A stretch of DNA of 32,000 nucleotides from Candidatus Pelagibacter sp. HTCC7211 (GCF_000155895.1 NZ_DS995298.1:450001-482000); one strand, 5' to 3'. Shown: positions 1 through 10,651, numbered from the stretch's first letter. The notes: generated from the letters alone by a model not told the origin. Numbers and translations: made by a program.

Positions 1-467
1 CCTCATATGCTGTTGGTGCTGTAGGTGCTGCCGCAGTTGTTTGGCCACTTATAGACCAGATGAATCCAGATGCATCTGTTAAAGCATTAGCTAGCACAGA
101 AGTAGATATTAGCTCAGTTAAGCGAGGAAATACAATTACAGTTCTATGGAGAGGTAAACCAGTTTTTATCAGAAGACGAACAGAAGAAGAAATTAAAGAA
201 GCTAGATCTGTAAAGATGGAAGATTTAATACATCCTGAAAAAGATGAAGATAGAGCAAAAAATCCGGAGTGGCTTGTTATGCTTGGTGTTTGCACTCACT
301 TAGGTTGCGTTCCATTAAATGATAAAGGTGATTATGATGGATGGTTTTGTCCTTGTCATGGTTCTCATTATGATACTTCTGGAAGAATTAGAAAAGGTCC
401 TGCACCATTAAACATGGAAGTTCCAAAATATGAATTTGTTAACGCTAATACAATTAAAATTGGATAA
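1..467 (+). CDS. petA: Ubiquinol-cytochrome c reductase Rieske iron-sulfur subunit, 5' end cut by the window edge
   Basis: Both Rieske 2Fe-2S boxes are present (CTHLGC and CPCHGSHYD). The frame stays open upstream of the listed ATG back to nt 3 and encodes a TM-helix-like stretch ([19 protein letters not shown]), so the true start lies off-window. It is followed 5 nt later by cytochrome b. Confidence 0.95.
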   Translation, partial: SYAVGAVGAAAVVWPLIDQMNPDASVKALASTEVDISSVKRGNTITVLWRGKPVFIRRRTEEEIKEARSVKMEDLIHPEKDEDRAKNPEWLVMLGVCTHLGCVPLNDKGDYDGWFCPCHGSHYDTSGRIRKGPAPLNMEVPKYEFVNANTIKIG

Positions 468-472
468 TATTT

Positions 473-1741
473 ATGAGTGATCATGATTACACACCTTCAT
501 CAAAAGTTGGAAAATGGTTTAACGATAGGTTACCGCTACTTACTCTTGCAAACCATTTAACAGATTATCCAACTCCAAAAAATTTAAATTATTGGTGGAC
601 GTTCGGTGGAATTTTAACTTTTTGTTTAATTACTCAAATTGTAACTGGTTTAACTCTTGCAATGCACTACATTGCCCATGCTGATATGGCATTTGAAAGT
701 GTTGAGCATATCATGAGAGATGTTAATTATGGTTGGTTAATAAGATACATTCATGCAAATGGTGCATCGATGTTTTTTCTTGCAGTTTACATTCATATTT
801 TTAGATCTTTGTTTTATGGATCTTATAAATCACCAAGAGAAATAATCTGGATTATTGGTATTATAATTTATTTATTAATGATGGCTGCTGCTTTCATGGG
901 CTATGTACTACCGTGGGGACAAATGAGTTTTTGGGGAGCAACAGTTATTACTAACTTGTTTAGTGCAATTCCATTAGTAGGTGAAGGAATTGTGACATGG
1001 CTTTGGGGTGGTTATTCAGTAGATAACCCGACTTTAACTAGATTTTTCACACTTCATTATCTAATACCTTTTTTAATTTTAGGACTTGTAGTTCTTCATA
1101 TTTGGGCATTACATGTTCCAGGTAATAATAATCCAGTTGGGATTGATATTAAGAAACCTTCGAAAGACACAGTCCCATTCCATCCATACATTGTTATCAA
1201 GGATGGTTTTGCATTATTAATGTTTATGATTGTGTTTGCATTTTTTGTTTTTTATTCACCTAATATTTTAGGGCATGCAGATAATTATATTGAAGCAAAT
1301 CCGATGGTCACACCAGCCCACATAGTTCCAGAGTGGTACCTGTTACCTTTTTATGCAATATTAAGATCTGTTCCTGATAAATTGCTTGGTGTTGTTGCTA
1401 TGCTATCAGCTATTTTGATATTAGCTGTACTTCCATGGTTAGATACGTCGAAAATAAGATCTGCTGTGTTTAGACCTTTATACAAACAATTTTATTGGAT
1501 ACTTGTGGCTGATGTATTGATCTTGGGCTACATGGGTGCAATGCCTGCAGAAGGGCTATATTTATTAATTGCAAGAGTAGCAACCGCATACTATTTCCTT
1601 CATTTTCTGGTGATCTTGCCAGTTCTTGGATTTAAAGAAAAAACTATTCCTGTTCCTTTAAGTATAACAGAGTCAGTGCTGGGTGGATCACCTAATTTGG
1701 CAACTGCAAGAAACAATCAAAGTTTTGATAAATCAAAGTGA
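473..1741 (+). CDS. petB: Cytochrome b of the bc1 complex
   Basis: 422 aa polytopic membrane protein with cytochrome b signatures (WWTFGG, conserved His-containing helices, [13 protein letters not shown]). It sits between the Rieske and c1 genes. Confidence 0.95.
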   Translation: MSDHDYTPSSKVGKWFNDRLPLLTLANHLTDYPTPKNLNYWWTFGGILTFCLITQIVTGLTLAMHYIAHADMAFESVEHIMRDVNYGWLIRYIHANGASMFFLAVYIHIFRSLFYGSYKSPREIIWIIGIIIYLLMMAAAFMGYVLPWGQMSFWGATVITNLFSAIPLVGEGIVTWLWGGYSVDNPTLTRFFTLHYLIPFLILGLVVLHIWALHVPGNNNPVGIDIKKPSKDTVPFHPYIVIKDGFALLMFMIVFAFFVFYSPNILGHADNYIEANPMVTPAHIVPEWYLLPFYAILRSVPDKLLGVVAMLSAILILAVLPWLDTSKIRSAVFRPLYKQFYWILVADVLILGYMGAMPAEGLYLLIARVATAYYFLHFLVILPVLGFKEKTIPVPLSITESVLGGSPNLATARNNQSFDKSK

Positions 1742-2517
1742 AAAATTTAACAAAATTATTTTATATTTTAGGCTTTTTTTTTCTTACAACAGCTTATTCA
1801 TTCTCAGCTGAAAAAGTTGACTACTTAAAGACTGATTGGAGTTTTAAAGGTTTATTTGGAAAATTTGACAGAGGATCACTTCAAAGAGGATATCAAGTAT
1901 ATACTGAAGTTTGTGCTGCATGTCACTCAATGAAATATTTAAGCTATAGGAATTTAGGAGAAAAAGGTGGACCTGAATTTTCAGAGGCGGAGACAAAAGC
2001 AATAGCAGCGTCGTTTGAAGTATTGGATGGTCCAAATGCAGACGGTGAAATGTTTACAAGACCAGCAAAATTATCAGATAAATTTGTAATGCCTTACGAA
2101 AATGTTAAGGCTGCTCAAGCAGCAAATGGTGGCGCATATCCACCAGACATGTCAGTTTTAGTTAAGGCCAGAGGAGGTGGAGTAGACTACATTTATTCTT
2201 TGCTACAAGGATATGAAGATGTACCATCTGGAATGACTTTAGATGATGGTGTTCATTACAATAAATATATGTATGGTAATAAAATTAAAATGTCAGCCCC
2301 ACTTTCAGATGGTATAATAGAATATGGTGATGGAACTGAAGCTACTGTAGAACAAATGTCGAAAGATGTGACTACGTTTTTAATGTGGGCTGCAGAACCT
2401 CATTTAGAGGCACGACACCAAATGGGTTTTAAAGCGATTATATATTTGATAATTTTAACTGTGTTAGTTTATTTCAGTATGAAGAAAATTTGGTCACGTG
2501 TTGAATCTGAAGTTTAA
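1738..2517 (+). CDS. petC: Cytochrome c1 of the bc1 complex
   Basis: N-terminal signal-like hydrophobic segment, CAACH heme c binding motif and C-terminal TM anchor ([13 protein letters not shown]). The GTG start overlaps the petB TGA stop (GTGA at 1738-1741). Confidence 0.9.
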   Translation: MKNLTKLFYILGFFFLTTAYSFSAEKVDYLKTDWSFKGLFGKFDRGSLQRGYQVYTEVCAACHSMKYLSYRNLGEKGGPEFSEAETKAIAASFEVLDGPNADGEMFTRPAKLSDKFVMPYENVKAAQAANGGAYPPDMSVLVKARGGGVDYIYSLLQGYEDVPSGMTLDDGVHYNKYMYGNKIKMSAPLSDGIIEYGDGTEATVEQMSKDVTTFLMWAAEPHLEARHQMGFKAIIYLIILTVLVYFSMKKIWSRVESEV

Positions 2518-3567
2518 GACATCTCCATCTTTTACAATATAATCTTTACCTTCAAGTCTCATTTTTCCATTAGTCTTAGAGTTTACCCAACCCTCATTCT
2601 GTACAAAATCTTCATAGGATACTGTCTCTGCTCTAATAAATCCTTTTTCGAAATCAGTATGTATTTCTCCAGCAGCTTTTGGTGCAGTACAATTTTTTTG
2701 AATTGTCCACGCTCTAGTTTCTTCAGGTCCAGATGTAAAGTAGGTATCTAAATCTAATATTTTGTATCCTTTTTGTATTAACATGTTTAGTCCTGTCTCT
2801 TTTAGACCAATCATTTCCATATAATTTTTTCTCTCTTCGGACTCTAATTCGTTTATTTGATTTTCTATATCTGCTGATACAATTAATGTGTTTTCTTCAC
2901 CAAATTTATTTATAAAATTTTTTGTATACTTATTTCCATTTTGAACACTTTGTTCATCAACATTACATACAAAAATTTTTGGCTTAATTGATAGTAGGCC
3001 ACTTTGATTTAGTAATTTATTTTCAAATTGAGTATTTAAGATCGAAATATCTTTATCATTATTAATACAATCTAATGCAAGTTCTAGTATTTTCAGTTGT
3101 TCTTCATCAACATTTTTTTTATTACTTTTTTCCAACCTTTTTTGAATAGACTCTAAATCTGCAAGCATCATTTCGGTTTCAATAATTTCAAGATCTCTAA
3201 TTGGATCTACGGTAGGATTAACATTTTGAATATCATCAGAGTCAAAACATCTAATCATATGAATAATTGCATCTACTTCTCTGATGTGCGAAAGAAACTT
3301 ATTTCCTAATCCCTCACCCTTAGAAGCTCCTTTTACAAGTCCAGCAATATCAACAAATGAAATTGTAGTATTAATAACTTTTTTAGATTTTGAAACTTTA
3401 GATAAATTTTCCAATCTTTTATCAGGAACAGCAACAATACCTATATTAGGATCTATAGTACAAAAAGGAAAGTTTGCAGCTTGAGCTTTACTTGAATTTG
3501 TTAATGCATTAAAAAGTGTAGATTTACCAACATTGGGTAAACCAACAATTCCACATTTAAAACTCAT
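2494..3567 (-). CDS. ychF: Ribosome-binding ATPase YchF (Obg-like GTPase family)
   Basis: N-terminal GLPNVGKSTLFNALT P-loop, 357 aa, and the C-terminal TGS-like ending [11 protein letters not shown] typical of YchF. Confidence 0.95.
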   Translation of the reverse strand: MSFKCGIVGLPNVGKSTLFNALTNSSKAQAANFPFCTIDPNIGIVAVPDKRLENLSKVSKSKKVINTTISFVDIAGLVKGASKGEGLGNKFLSHIREVDAIIHMIRCFDSDDIQNVNPTVDPIRDLEIIETEMMLADLESIQKRLEKSNKKNVDEEQLKILELALDCINNDKDISILNTQFENKLLNQSGLLSIKPKIFVCNVDEQSVQNGNKYTKNFINKFGEENTLIVSADIENQINELESEERKNYMEMIGLKETGLNMLIQKGYKILDLDTYFTSGPEETRAWTIQKNCTAPKAAGEIHTDFEKGFIRAETVSYEDFVQNEGWVNSKTNGKMRLEGKDYIVKDGDVLNFRFNT

Positions 3568-4127
3568 TATTTATTATTTACTGTGCTTGAAAATAAGTCT
3601 AATTTTTTATCAACAAGCAATGAAATGGATTCTATAATATTGTTAGAAATTTTTTCTATACCCGGCATTTCATCTTCATCAAAGTTTTGAAGGACAAAAT
3701 CACCAACTTTTATATTCTCTTTTGGTTTTCCAATTCCAATTCTCACCCTAGAATATTCTTTGCCAATAAATTTATCGATTGATGCAATTCCATTATGACC
3801 TGCACTTGATCCACCGTATTTTGCTTTAATCTTTCCAAACTCAACATCTAAATCATCATGAAATACAATTACGTCTTCAGCATCTATTTTAAAGTATTCA
3901 ATGAGTTCTCTGATACAAATTCCAGAGTTATTCATAAATGTTAGAGGCTTAATAGCATAAACTTTTTGATCACCCACGTTTCCAGTCGTAAGCAAACCTT
4001 TAAATTTTGGCTTTTGTTTTGATAGCCCAAACTTTTTATTTATAGAATCTATGATTTTGAACCCAACATTATGTCTATTGTTTTCACTGTCTGGAGTGGG
4101 GTTACCTAAACCTACGAATAAAAGCAT
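3567..4127 (-). CDS. pth: Peptidyl-tRNA hydrolase
   Basis: LFVGLGNP...NRHNVGF N-terminus and GHNG motif, 186 aa. Its stop shares one nucleotide with the ychF start (TAATG on the minus strand). Confidence 0.95.
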   Translation of the reverse strand: MLLFVGLGNPTPDSENNRHNVGFKIIDSINKKFGLSKQKPKFKGLLTTGNVGDQKVYAIKPLTFMNNSGICIRELIEYFKIDAEDVIVFHDDLDVEFGKIKAKYGGSSAGHNGIASIDKFIGKEYSRVRIGIGKPKENIKVGDFVLQNFDEDEMPGIEKISNNIIESISLLVDKKLDLFSSTVNNK

Positions 4128-4166
4128 ATGTTTTGTTAAAGGGTAGTAAAATTCAATTTTGATTAA

Positions 4167-4865
4167 TTATTTTTTTTCTTCAGCAGCTTTATTATCGTCA
4201 CCTTCTTTTTTATCACCTTCTGCTGCTTCTGCTGCGGGCTGTTCACCCTCTGCTCCATCAGTCCCTTCAGCTGCTTCTGCTTCTGCTGGTTTTTCAGGTT
4301 CTTTCATTACTGTTGGTGCAGCCAATGTAGCTATTACAAAGTCTCTTCCTCTAATAGTCGGCTCAACATCTGTTTCTAATTTAATTGAAGATATTTTGAA
4401 ACTTTCACCAATATCAATACCATCTAAATCAATTACAAGACTTTCTGGTATCTTTTCGCTTGGACATCTTAGTTCTACTTTTCTTCTAACAATATTCAAA
4501 ACCCCACCTCTTTTTAGTCCTGGAGATTTTTCATGGTTAATGAATTGAACAGGCACCTCAATTTTAATTTTTAAACCTGGAACAACTCTTAAAAAGTCAA
4601 CATGAATTGGTTCATCAGAAATAATATGATATTTAATTTCTTTTGGTAAAACATTTTGTGATTTTCCGTCTACATTAAGAGTAACTATATTTGATAAAAA
4701 GTTTTCTTTTTCGATTAAAGATTTCAAAAGCTTTTTTGAAATTGATATTTTTTCATTTTGAGCTTCACCACCATAAATAATTGCTGGCACATTGCCGTTA
4801 TTTCTTAGAGCACTTAATTCGCCCTTAGTTTTGGTGTTTCTAATGTTTGCGTTTAAAGAATTCAT
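4167..4865 (-). CDS. rplY: 50S ribosomal protein L25 / general stress protein Ctc, with an acidic Ala/Glu-rich C-terminal tail
   Basis: The N-terminus RNTKTKGELSALRNNGNVPAIIYGG matches the L25/Ctc family. It has two-domain Ctc length and the conserved prs-L25-pth-ychF neighbourhood. Confidence 0.9.
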   Translation of the reverse strand: MNSLNANIRNTKTKGELSALRNNGNVPAIIYGGEAQNEKISISKKLLKSLIEKENFLSNIVTLNVDGKSQNVLPKEIKYHIISDEPIHVDFLRVVPGLKIKIEVPVQFINHEKSPGLKRGGVLNIVRRKVELRCPSEKIPESLVIDLDGIDIGESFKISSIKLETDVEPTIRGRDFVIATLAAPTVMKEPEKPAEAEAAEGTDGAEGEQPAAEAAEGDKKEGDDNKAAEEKK

Positions 4866-4910
4866 AAAGTGTCCGGTTTTTAGCCCAAGTTCCTTAATAA
4901 CTCAAGGTAA

Positions 4911-5843
4911 TTATTTAAATAAATCCGATACAGATGTTGAGTTTGATATTCTTTTAATTGCCTCACCCATTAAGCCTGAAATAGACAGAACCTCAATGTT
5001 TTTGACACTTTTAATTTTATTATTGTTATCAATTGTATTCGTAATCACTAAATTTTTTATAACAGATCCTTTGATTTTTTTAACAGCTTCACCACTTAAT
5101 ACGCCGTGGGTAATATAAACATAAACTTCTTTTGCTCCTCTTTTTTTAAGAGCCTTAGCAGCATTAACTATTGTTCCACCTGAGTCAATAATATCATCAA
5201 CAATTATGCAAGTTTTATCTTTAACATCTCCAATTACATTCATTACTTGTGACTGACCAGGCTTAGGTCTTCTTTTGTCAACAATTGCAAGACCTACATT
5301 TAAAAGTTTGCCTAAGGCCCTAGCTCTTTCAGTGCCCCCGACATCAGGTGCAACACAAATTATATTTTTATTTTTTATATTTTTTTTTATATGTCTGGCA
5401 AAAATAGGAGTTGCAAATAAGTTATCAACTGGGATATCAAAAAAACCCTGTATCTGTCCAGCATGCAAATCTACTGTTACGACTCTATCTGCACCTGCTG
5501 TAGTAATAAGATTTGAAACAAGTTTAGCTGAAATGGAGGTTCTCGGAACAACTTTTCTGTCTTGTCTAGCATAACCAAAATAAGGAATAACTGCAGTTAT
5601 ATTTTTTGCAGAAGATCTTTTTAACGCATCAATACAAAGTAATAATTCCATTAAATTATCATTAGCAGGAGAAGAAATAGATTGTATTATAAAAATACTA
5701 TTTCCTCTTATATTTTCGTTAATCTCAACATAAATTTCACCATCAGAAAAATTTCTAATACTAGAGTTAACTAATTTAGACTTTAAATATTTTGCAATAT
5801 TTTTACTGAGTGGTTTGTTGCTATTGCCTGATAATAATTTCAT
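4911..5843 (-). CDS. prs: Ribose-phosphate pyrophosphokinase (PRPP synthetase)
   Basis: MKLLSGNSN start, [18 protein letters not shown] motif, PRPP-binding loop [11 protein letters not shown], 310 aa. Confidence 0.95.
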   Translation of the reverse strand: MKLLSGNSNKPLSKNIAKYLKSKLVNSSIRNFSDGEIYVEINENIRGNSIFIIQSISSPANDNLMELLLCIDALKRSSAKNITAVIPYFGYARQDRKVVPRTSISAKLVSNLITTAGADRVVTVDLHAGQIQGFFDIPVDNLFATPIFARHIKKNIKNKNIICVAPDVGGTERARALGKLLNVGLAIVDKRRPKPGQSQVMNVIGDVKDKTCIIVDDIIDSGGTIVNAAKALKKRGAKEVYVYITHGVLSGEAVKKIKGSVIKNLVITNTIDNNNKIKSVKNIEVLSISGLMGEAIKRISNSTSVSDLFK

Positions 5844-5852
5844 TAAAAAAGC

Positions 5853-6611
5853 CTAATTAAGCATAATTATTGATATATTTCTACCATAATCACCATGTTT
5901 TAATTTTATTGCTCTTCTTGCACTAAAAAATTTATTTTTTGCATCATAAGTATCAATTTTTAAAACATCTACATACTTAACTTCATTAGTTTTAAGAGAT
6001 GAATAAATATATTTAGTTAAGTCAAAATATAATTTTTTCTTACTAATCTTAAAATATTTCAGATTGTTCCTATCTTTTTTAATGAACTTTTTTTTAAAAT
6101 CTTCTTTTACCTCATAATTTTTTTGAGAAATTGATGGACCAATTACAGCAGTCATATTTTCAACAGAACAACCTTTTTTTATCATGAATTTAATAACTTT
6201 TTTTACAATATCCTTAAATGCACCTTTCCAACCAGCGTGGATTGCAGCTATCATTTTTGAATTGTTATCATAAATTAAAACTGGAGCACAATCCGCTGTA
6301 AGAACTGCAATTGGCAAATATTTTTGATTAGTAATAATTGCATCTGCCTTTGGTCTTTTTTTTATTCTATATTTCTTATTAATATAAATAAATTTATTAC
6401 TATGAAGTTGGTGAAGTAAAAAAATATTTTTTGCTTGATTGCTAATTTTTTTTCTTACTATTTCTAAATTTTTTTTTACATTTAATTTCTTATCTTTTGA
6501 GCCAAAACCGCAGTTTAAACTTTTATAAATATCTTTTGATTTACCACCAACACTATTAAAAAAACCATGTTTTAAATCTTTTTTTCTTGAAAGTATTTTT
6601 GATTTAATCAA
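5853..6611 (-). CDS. pgeF: YfiH/PgeF family (DUF152, laccase-domain) purine nucleoside phosphorylase / peptidoglycan editing factor
   Basis: HGFFNSVGG...YKSLN N-terminus, TADCAPV and IHAGWKG motifs, and the C-terminal FFSARR...GRN typical of YfiH. The only available start is TTG at 6611, so the start is uncertain. Confidence 0.8.
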   Translation of the reverse strand: MIKSKILSRKKDLKHGFFNSVGGKSKDIYKSLNCGFGSKDKKLNVKKNLEIVRKKISNQAKNIFLLHQLHSNKFIYINKKYRIKKRPKADAIITNQKYLPIAVLTADCAPVLIYDNNSKMIAAIHAGWKGAFKDIVKKVIKFMIKKGCSVENMTAVIGPSISQKNYEVKEDFKKKFIKKDRNNLKYFKISKKKLYFDLTKYIYSSLKTNEVKYVDVLKIDTYDAKNKFFSARRAIKLKHGDYGRNISIIMLN

Positions 6612-7659
6612 CTTGGAAACCTGTATTAAATTTATTTTCTGTTTTTTTAATTAGCATTACTTTAAATAAATTACCCATTTGTTTTTCATCAATTAAACGC
6701 CTTACTCTATAAAATAGGTCAGTTTTTTTAGAAAAAGGGATATTTTCGCTTATAATTTCTGCCCTCTGCAGAATTCCCATACTTGTTAAAAATTTCTTTT
6801 GATTACTAATTATAGAATTTAGATCATCAAATTGATCAATAAATTGTTTAAATAAATTAAAATTTATATTGTAAGTAATATCAGAATTTCCAATATCTTT
6901 TAAAATATCAGAATATTTATGATTTTTTACTGCTTGAAGAGTTTCATGCATTTTTGAGTCTAAGTAGCCGTAATCAATAATTAACATTCCACCGTTGTTT
7001 ATATTAATTATTTCACAAATATTTTGTAAATAATTAAATGAACTTGGTGAGTATTCTATAATATCTTGATCTTTGGATATTTTAAATTTTAATTTTTTTT
7101 CAATTTCTTCGATATTAATTATTTGATCTTTAAATACTGCCTTTTTTATTTCTTTAAAATTTACATATCTTTCAAACCAACCCTCTTTTTTTTTAAAAAA
7201 CTGTTTTATTGGTAGTGCATCAAAGAATTCATTAGCCAAAAATATTGTTGGATTAGAATTTATTTTTTTTATATTGTCTACCCATTCTATATTTTCAGAA
7301 CTTAAATTACTTTGTTGTTGTTTTGTTAATAATTTACTTTTTTCGTGAATATAAAATTTACAATTTTCAAAACACTCTGGAAAATTTTTAAGAGTTTCAA
7401 CAATAACCTTCATCATTTCACCATTCCCAGCTCCTAGTTCAAATAAATTGAATTTTTTCGGAGAGCCAATACTTTTCCAAAATGTTACTATCCAGATGGC
7501 AATCATTTCTGAAAAAAGTCTTGTGATGTTTGGCGCAGTAATAAAATCTCCCTCTTTTCCAAAAGGGTTTTTTTTCATGTAATAGCCTGTGTCTTTATTG
7601 TAAAGAGCAAATTCAATAAATTTATCAAGTGGGAGGTTAGTATTTTTATTTATTTTCAT
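6604..7659 (-). CDS. Class I SAM-dependent methyltransferase, MidA/NDUFAF7 (DUF185, COG1565) family
   Basis: FITAP, ELGAGNGEMM (SAM-binding G-x-G-x-G region) and ANEFFDALP motifs typical of the family. I prefer the ATG at 7659 over the TTG at 7686 given in the ORF track. Either start overlaps the lgt 3' end. Confidence 0.8.
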   Translation of the reverse strand: MKINKNTNLPLDKFIEFALYNKDTGYYMKKNPFGKEGDFITAPNITRLFSEMIAIWIVTFWKSIGSPKKFNLFELGAGNGEMMKVIVETLKNFPECFENCKFYIHEKSKLLTKQQQSNLSSENIEWVDNIKKINSNPTIFLANEFFDALPIKQFFKKKEGWFERYVNFKEIKKAVFKDQIINIEEIEKKLKFKISKDQDIIEYSPSSFNYLQNICEIININNGGMLIIDYGYLDSKMHETLQAVKNHKYSDILKDIGNSDITYNINFNLFKQFIDQFDDLNSIISNQKKFLTSMGILQRAEIISENIPFSKKTDLFYRVRRLIDEKQMGNLFKVMLIKKTENKFNTGFQVD

Positions 7660-8419
7660 TTTTAAGATAAAATACAATTGTTCCAATCATTATGAATACT
7701 AAACTTATAATCTGACCCATCGATAAGTTAAAAATTAAATAGCCTATTTGTTCATCTGGCACTCTAAAAAACTCAATACAGAATCTAAATACTGAATAAA
7801 AAATCAAAAATAATCCAGAAATTAAACCTGGTTTTGCTAAAAAGTTTTTACTTCTAAAGTACAATAATAATATAAATAAAATTATACCTTCAAAAATTGC
7901 TTCATATAATTGTGATGGGTGTCTTGATAAATTATCAACTTGAACAAAAGTTACAGCCCATGGAACTTCAGTAACTTTACCATAAAGTTCAGAGTTAATG
8001 AAATTAGCCAATCTTCCAAAAAAAATTCCAATTGGAGCTACTAGGGATATTAGATCGGTATATACAAATAAATCTTGATTATTTTTTTTAGCAAAAAGAA
8101 TACTTGCAATTATTATGCCTAATAAACCACCATGAAAAGACATACCTCCCTGCCAAATTTTAAAAATATCTAAAATATTGTTTATGTAATAATTAAAGTT
8201 ATAAAACAAAACATAGCCAAGTCTTCCACCTATAACTATTCCGATGATTAGATAAGTTATATAATCATCAAATTTTTGATTAATATCTAAATTCTTAATA
8301 AAAATTTTTTTACATAATATCCAGCCAATGATAATTCCCAAGATATAAGCTAAAGAATACCATCTAATTTCAAACGAAAGTATTTGAAAAGCAACTGGGT
8401 CAAAATTATTGATGAACAT
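7646..8419 (-). CDS. lgt: Prolipoprotein diacylglyceryl transferase
   Basis: Polytopic membrane protein with IRWYSLAYILG, GRLGY, GMSFHGGLLG and GRLANFIN-ELYG motifs characteristic of Lgt. Confidence 0.9.
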   Translation of the reverse strand: MFINNFDPVAFQILSFEIRWYSLAYILGIIIGWILCKKIFIKNLDINQKFDDYITYLIIGIVIGGRLGYVLFYNFNYYINNILDIFKIWQGGMSFHGGLLGIIIASILFAKKNNQDLFVYTDLISLVAPIGIFFGRLANFINSELYGKVTEVPWAVTFVQVDNLSRHPSQLYEAIFEGIILFILLLYFRSKNFLAKPGLISGLFLIFYSVFRFCIEFFRVPDEQIGYLIFNLSMGQIISLVFIMIGTIVFYLKNENK

Positions 8420-8450
8420 TTTAAATAATAATTATAAGTATATCTTATAT

Positions 8451-8699
8451 ATGAAAAATTCTAAATTTATAATTGACAAGCTCGGAAAACTTTTTGAGCA
8501 AGGTATTATCTCGTCAAAAGATCTTACTTCTGAGCTTTTAAATATTTTAAAATCAAAAAGAGACGAAATAGTTTTTAAGATGAAGCTCACAAGTAAAGAT
8601 GAATTTGATGTATTATCAAAACGAGTTGAAAACTTAGAAAATAAAATTAAAAAGTTAGAAACAAAAAAGAAAAATACTAAACGGGTAAAAAAATCTTAA
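8451..8699 (+). CDS. UbiK/YqiC family accessory factor (small coiled-coil protein)
   Basis: The core LTSKDEFDVLSKRVENLENKIKKLE resembles the LVSREEFDV...LEQRISELE core of E. coli UbiK/YqiC, and the protein is short and basic. I place the start at the ATG at 8451. The TTG at 8409 would overlap the lgt start. Confidence 0.6.
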   Translation: MKNSKFIIDKLGKLFEQGIISSKDLTSELLNILKSKRDEIVFKMKLTSKDEFDVLSKRVENLENKIKKLETKKKNTKRVKKS

Positions 8700-9993
8700 C
8701 TCGTAATCCGCCCATTTTAGATTTTTCAAGTCCAATATTACCCCCATGCGATCTTATAATATCTGATGCAATAGATAAACCAAGACCTACACTAGATTTT
8801 GAGTCTGCTCTTCCCTTATCAATTTTGTAAAAGGGTTTAAATACATTATCATATTCTTTACTTGATACACCGGGACCATTATCATCAATAGTTATAAATA
8901 AGTTTGTATTTTTTTTGTTGAGCGTAATTTCAATTTTATCTCCATACTTTAAAGCATTATCAATTATATTATTTAGGCACCTATTAATTAAATTTTTTCT
9001 ACCATTAACATAAACTCTTGATAATAAATCTTTTTTTATGTTTTCGTTATCATATTTGTTTATAACTTCCTCTATTAATTCTGATAAATTAAACATTTCA
9101 TCTTTTTCTGTGTATGAAGAGCTTGTAAATTGAAGATATTCATTGAGCATTTTTTCCATTTCATTGATATCTTCAGTTAATTTTTTTGCTAAATCTTCAT
9201 CTTTAATAAAGGCTATTTGTAATTTCATCCTTGTTAAAGGTGTTCTTAAATCATGACTTATTCCTGATAACATCTCAGTTCGTTGATTTAGATGTCTTTG
9301 AATTCTTTTTCTCATTTTGTCAAACTCATGACCTGCTTGTCTAATTTCTAATGCTCCAGATGGTTTGAATTCTTCAATTTCTTCTCCTTTACCAAATCTT
9401 TCTGCAGCACGTGCAAGGTTGGTTATAGGTCTCGTTTGATTTTTTAAAAATATTAATGAAATAATTACCATTATAACTGCTGGTACAGTAATCCATAGTG
9501 CAAATAGTCTAGCTGACGAGCTAGTTACTCGATCTCTAGTTACTAAAAATTTAAAATAACCATTTTCATATTTTATTCTTATATCAATAAGCTCTTTATA
9601 ACTCGTGGTATCAAACCAATATTCTCCATGATTAAATTTTGATTTTAATTCTCTTCTAAGCGTCCTATCAATTGGACTAAACCATCTCTCATTATATTTA
9701 CTATCAAATTCTTTATTTATAAATTCTATGTTTAAATCTATAAAAAGAGAAAAAAGATTTTTCAATTCGTTCCTGTCTATTTTTTCATTGTCATAAACTT
9801 CAACAAATGTACTAATTTCATTGACTAATGCTCTAGTCATACCTTTATTAGTTTTAATCCAAAGACTATCAAAAAATACAATAGTTATTATCAATTGTAG
9901 AACTATTACAGGAACTGCTACTATTAGAAGTGCTCTGTAAAATAATTTTTTAGGTAAAATTTGTTTAAAAAAATTACTCAATCCAGAGAACAT
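8677..9993 (-). CDS. Sensor histidine kinase, EnvZ-like (two TM segments, HAMP, HisKA, HATPase_c)
   Basis: H-box SHDLRTPLT, N-box NIIDNALKYG, DDNGPGV and GLGLSIA boxes, plus two hydrophobic segments flanking a roughly 130-aa periplasmic region. The ATG at 9993 is preferred; a GTG at 10002 is possible. It overlaps the 3' end of the response regulator. Confidence 0.85.
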   Translation of the reverse strand: MFSGLSNFFKQILPKKLFYRALLIVAVPVIVLQLIITIVFFDSLWIKTNKGMTRALVNEISTFVEVYDNEKIDRNELKNLFSLFIDLNIEFINKEFDSKYNERWFSPIDRTLRRELKSKFNHGEYWFDTTSYKELIDIRIKYENGYFKFLVTRDRVTSSSARLFALWITVPAVIMVIISLIFLKNQTRPITNLARAAERFGKGEEIEEFKPSGALEIRQAGHEFDKMRKRIQRHLNQRTEMLSGISHDLRTPLTRMKLQIAFIKDEDLAKKLTEDINEMEKMLNEYLQFTSSSYTEKDEMFNLSELIEEVINKYDNENIKKDLLSRVYVNGRKNLINRCLNNIIDNALKYGDKIEITLNKKNTNLFITIDDNGPGVSSKEYDNVFKPFYKIDKGRADSKSSVGLGLSIASDIIRSHGGNIGLEKSKMGGLRVKIFLPV

Positions 9994-10651
9994 AACCAGC
10001 ACCTCTTATTGTTTGTAAAAATTTAGGATTTTTAGGATCAATTTCAATTTTTTTTCTTAATCTAGTTATGATTACATCAATTGATCTTTCTTTATCTAAA
10101 TTTATTAAATTACCAATATTTTCTCTTGAAAATGTTTTGCCTGGATTATTGATCATTTTTTCTAAAATAATTTTTTCAGTATTATTAATTTTAAACTCAT
10201 TATTATTCTTGATTATCAGAAGTTTATTTAAATCAATTTTAATATTTGAAAATTCTATAATTCTAACTTGTTCAGTTTTAATAGTTTTATTTAAGATATT
10301 CTTAATTCTTAAAATTAATTCTTTTGGTTCAAATGGTTTAGGCAAATAGTCATCAGCTCCAATTTCTAGTCCTTCAACCCTTTCACTTGCCTCACCTTTG
10401 GCTGTCAAAAGAATAATAGGCGTATCCAGTCTTGCTTTGTATTCTTTTAGAAAATCTAAGCCACTTTTTCCTGGCATCATGACATCTAGTATTATTAAAT
10501 CAAATTTAATTATTTGAACTTTATTTGACGCGTCTTCAGCATTATCTGATGTTGTTACTAGAAAATCATTTTCGTTTAAGTATTTTTTAACTAAAGATCT
10601 AATTCCATCATCATCATCAACAACTAAAATATGTGCAATAAATTTATCCAT
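9974..10651 (-). CDS. OmpR/PhoB-family response regulator (possible PetR-like)
   Basis: The receiver domain has ILVVDDDD and the phosphoacceptor context LIILDVMMPG plus a conserved K (LPKPF). The C-terminal winged helix ends in RGAGYVL. Confidence 0.9.
   Translation of the reverse strand: MDKFIAHILVVDDDDGIRSLVKKYLNENDFLVTTSDNAEDASNKVQIIKFDLIILDVMMPGKSGLDFLKEYKARLDTPIILLTAKGEASERVEGLEIGADDYLPKPFEPKELILRIKNILNKTIKTEQVRIIEFSNIKIDLNKLLIIKNNNEFKINNTEKIILEKMINNPGKTFSRENIGNLINLDKERSIDVIITRLRKKIEIDPKNPKFLQTIRGAGYVLWIE

Noticed and set aside
4159-4548. 129-aa plus-strand ORF rich in Ser/Ala/Pro (SSPSFLSPSAASAAG...)
   Set aside because: It lies entirely antisense to the rplY (L25/Ctc) gene and mirrors that gene's Ala/Glu-rich acidic tail (GCT/GCA/GAA repeats read as AGC/TCT/GCT on the other strand). 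It has low complexity, no independent start context and no recognisable family.
4866-4910. Slightly GC-richer 45-nt spacer upstream of rplY (GTGTCCGG...AGCCCAAG), considered as a ribosomal-protein leader or terminator
   Set aside because: I could not find complementary arms forming a stable hairpin, and there is no U-tract. 45 nt is too short for the known r-protein leader structures.
1844-5574. Antisense ORFs 1844-2035(-), 3284-3484(+), 4792-5118(+) and 5275-5574(+)
   Set aside because: Each lies opposite a confidently identified gene (petC, ychF, prs). No start-site context or conserved motifs support them.
7660-7686. N-terminal extensions using TTG/GTG starts (methyltransferase 7686, UbiK-like 8409, histidine kinase 10002, uvrC 14482)
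   Set aside because: In each case an in-frame ATG a few codons downstream gives an N-terminus that matches family expectations better and reduces overlap with the neighbour. The extended starts cannot be fully excluded without experimental data.
10068-10349. 93-aa plus-strand ORF inside the response-regulator gene, and the 80-aa minus-strand ORF at 27478-27720 inside the ATP-grasp gene
   Set aside because: These are antisense shadows of well-supported genes, with hydrophobic low-complexity sequence only.
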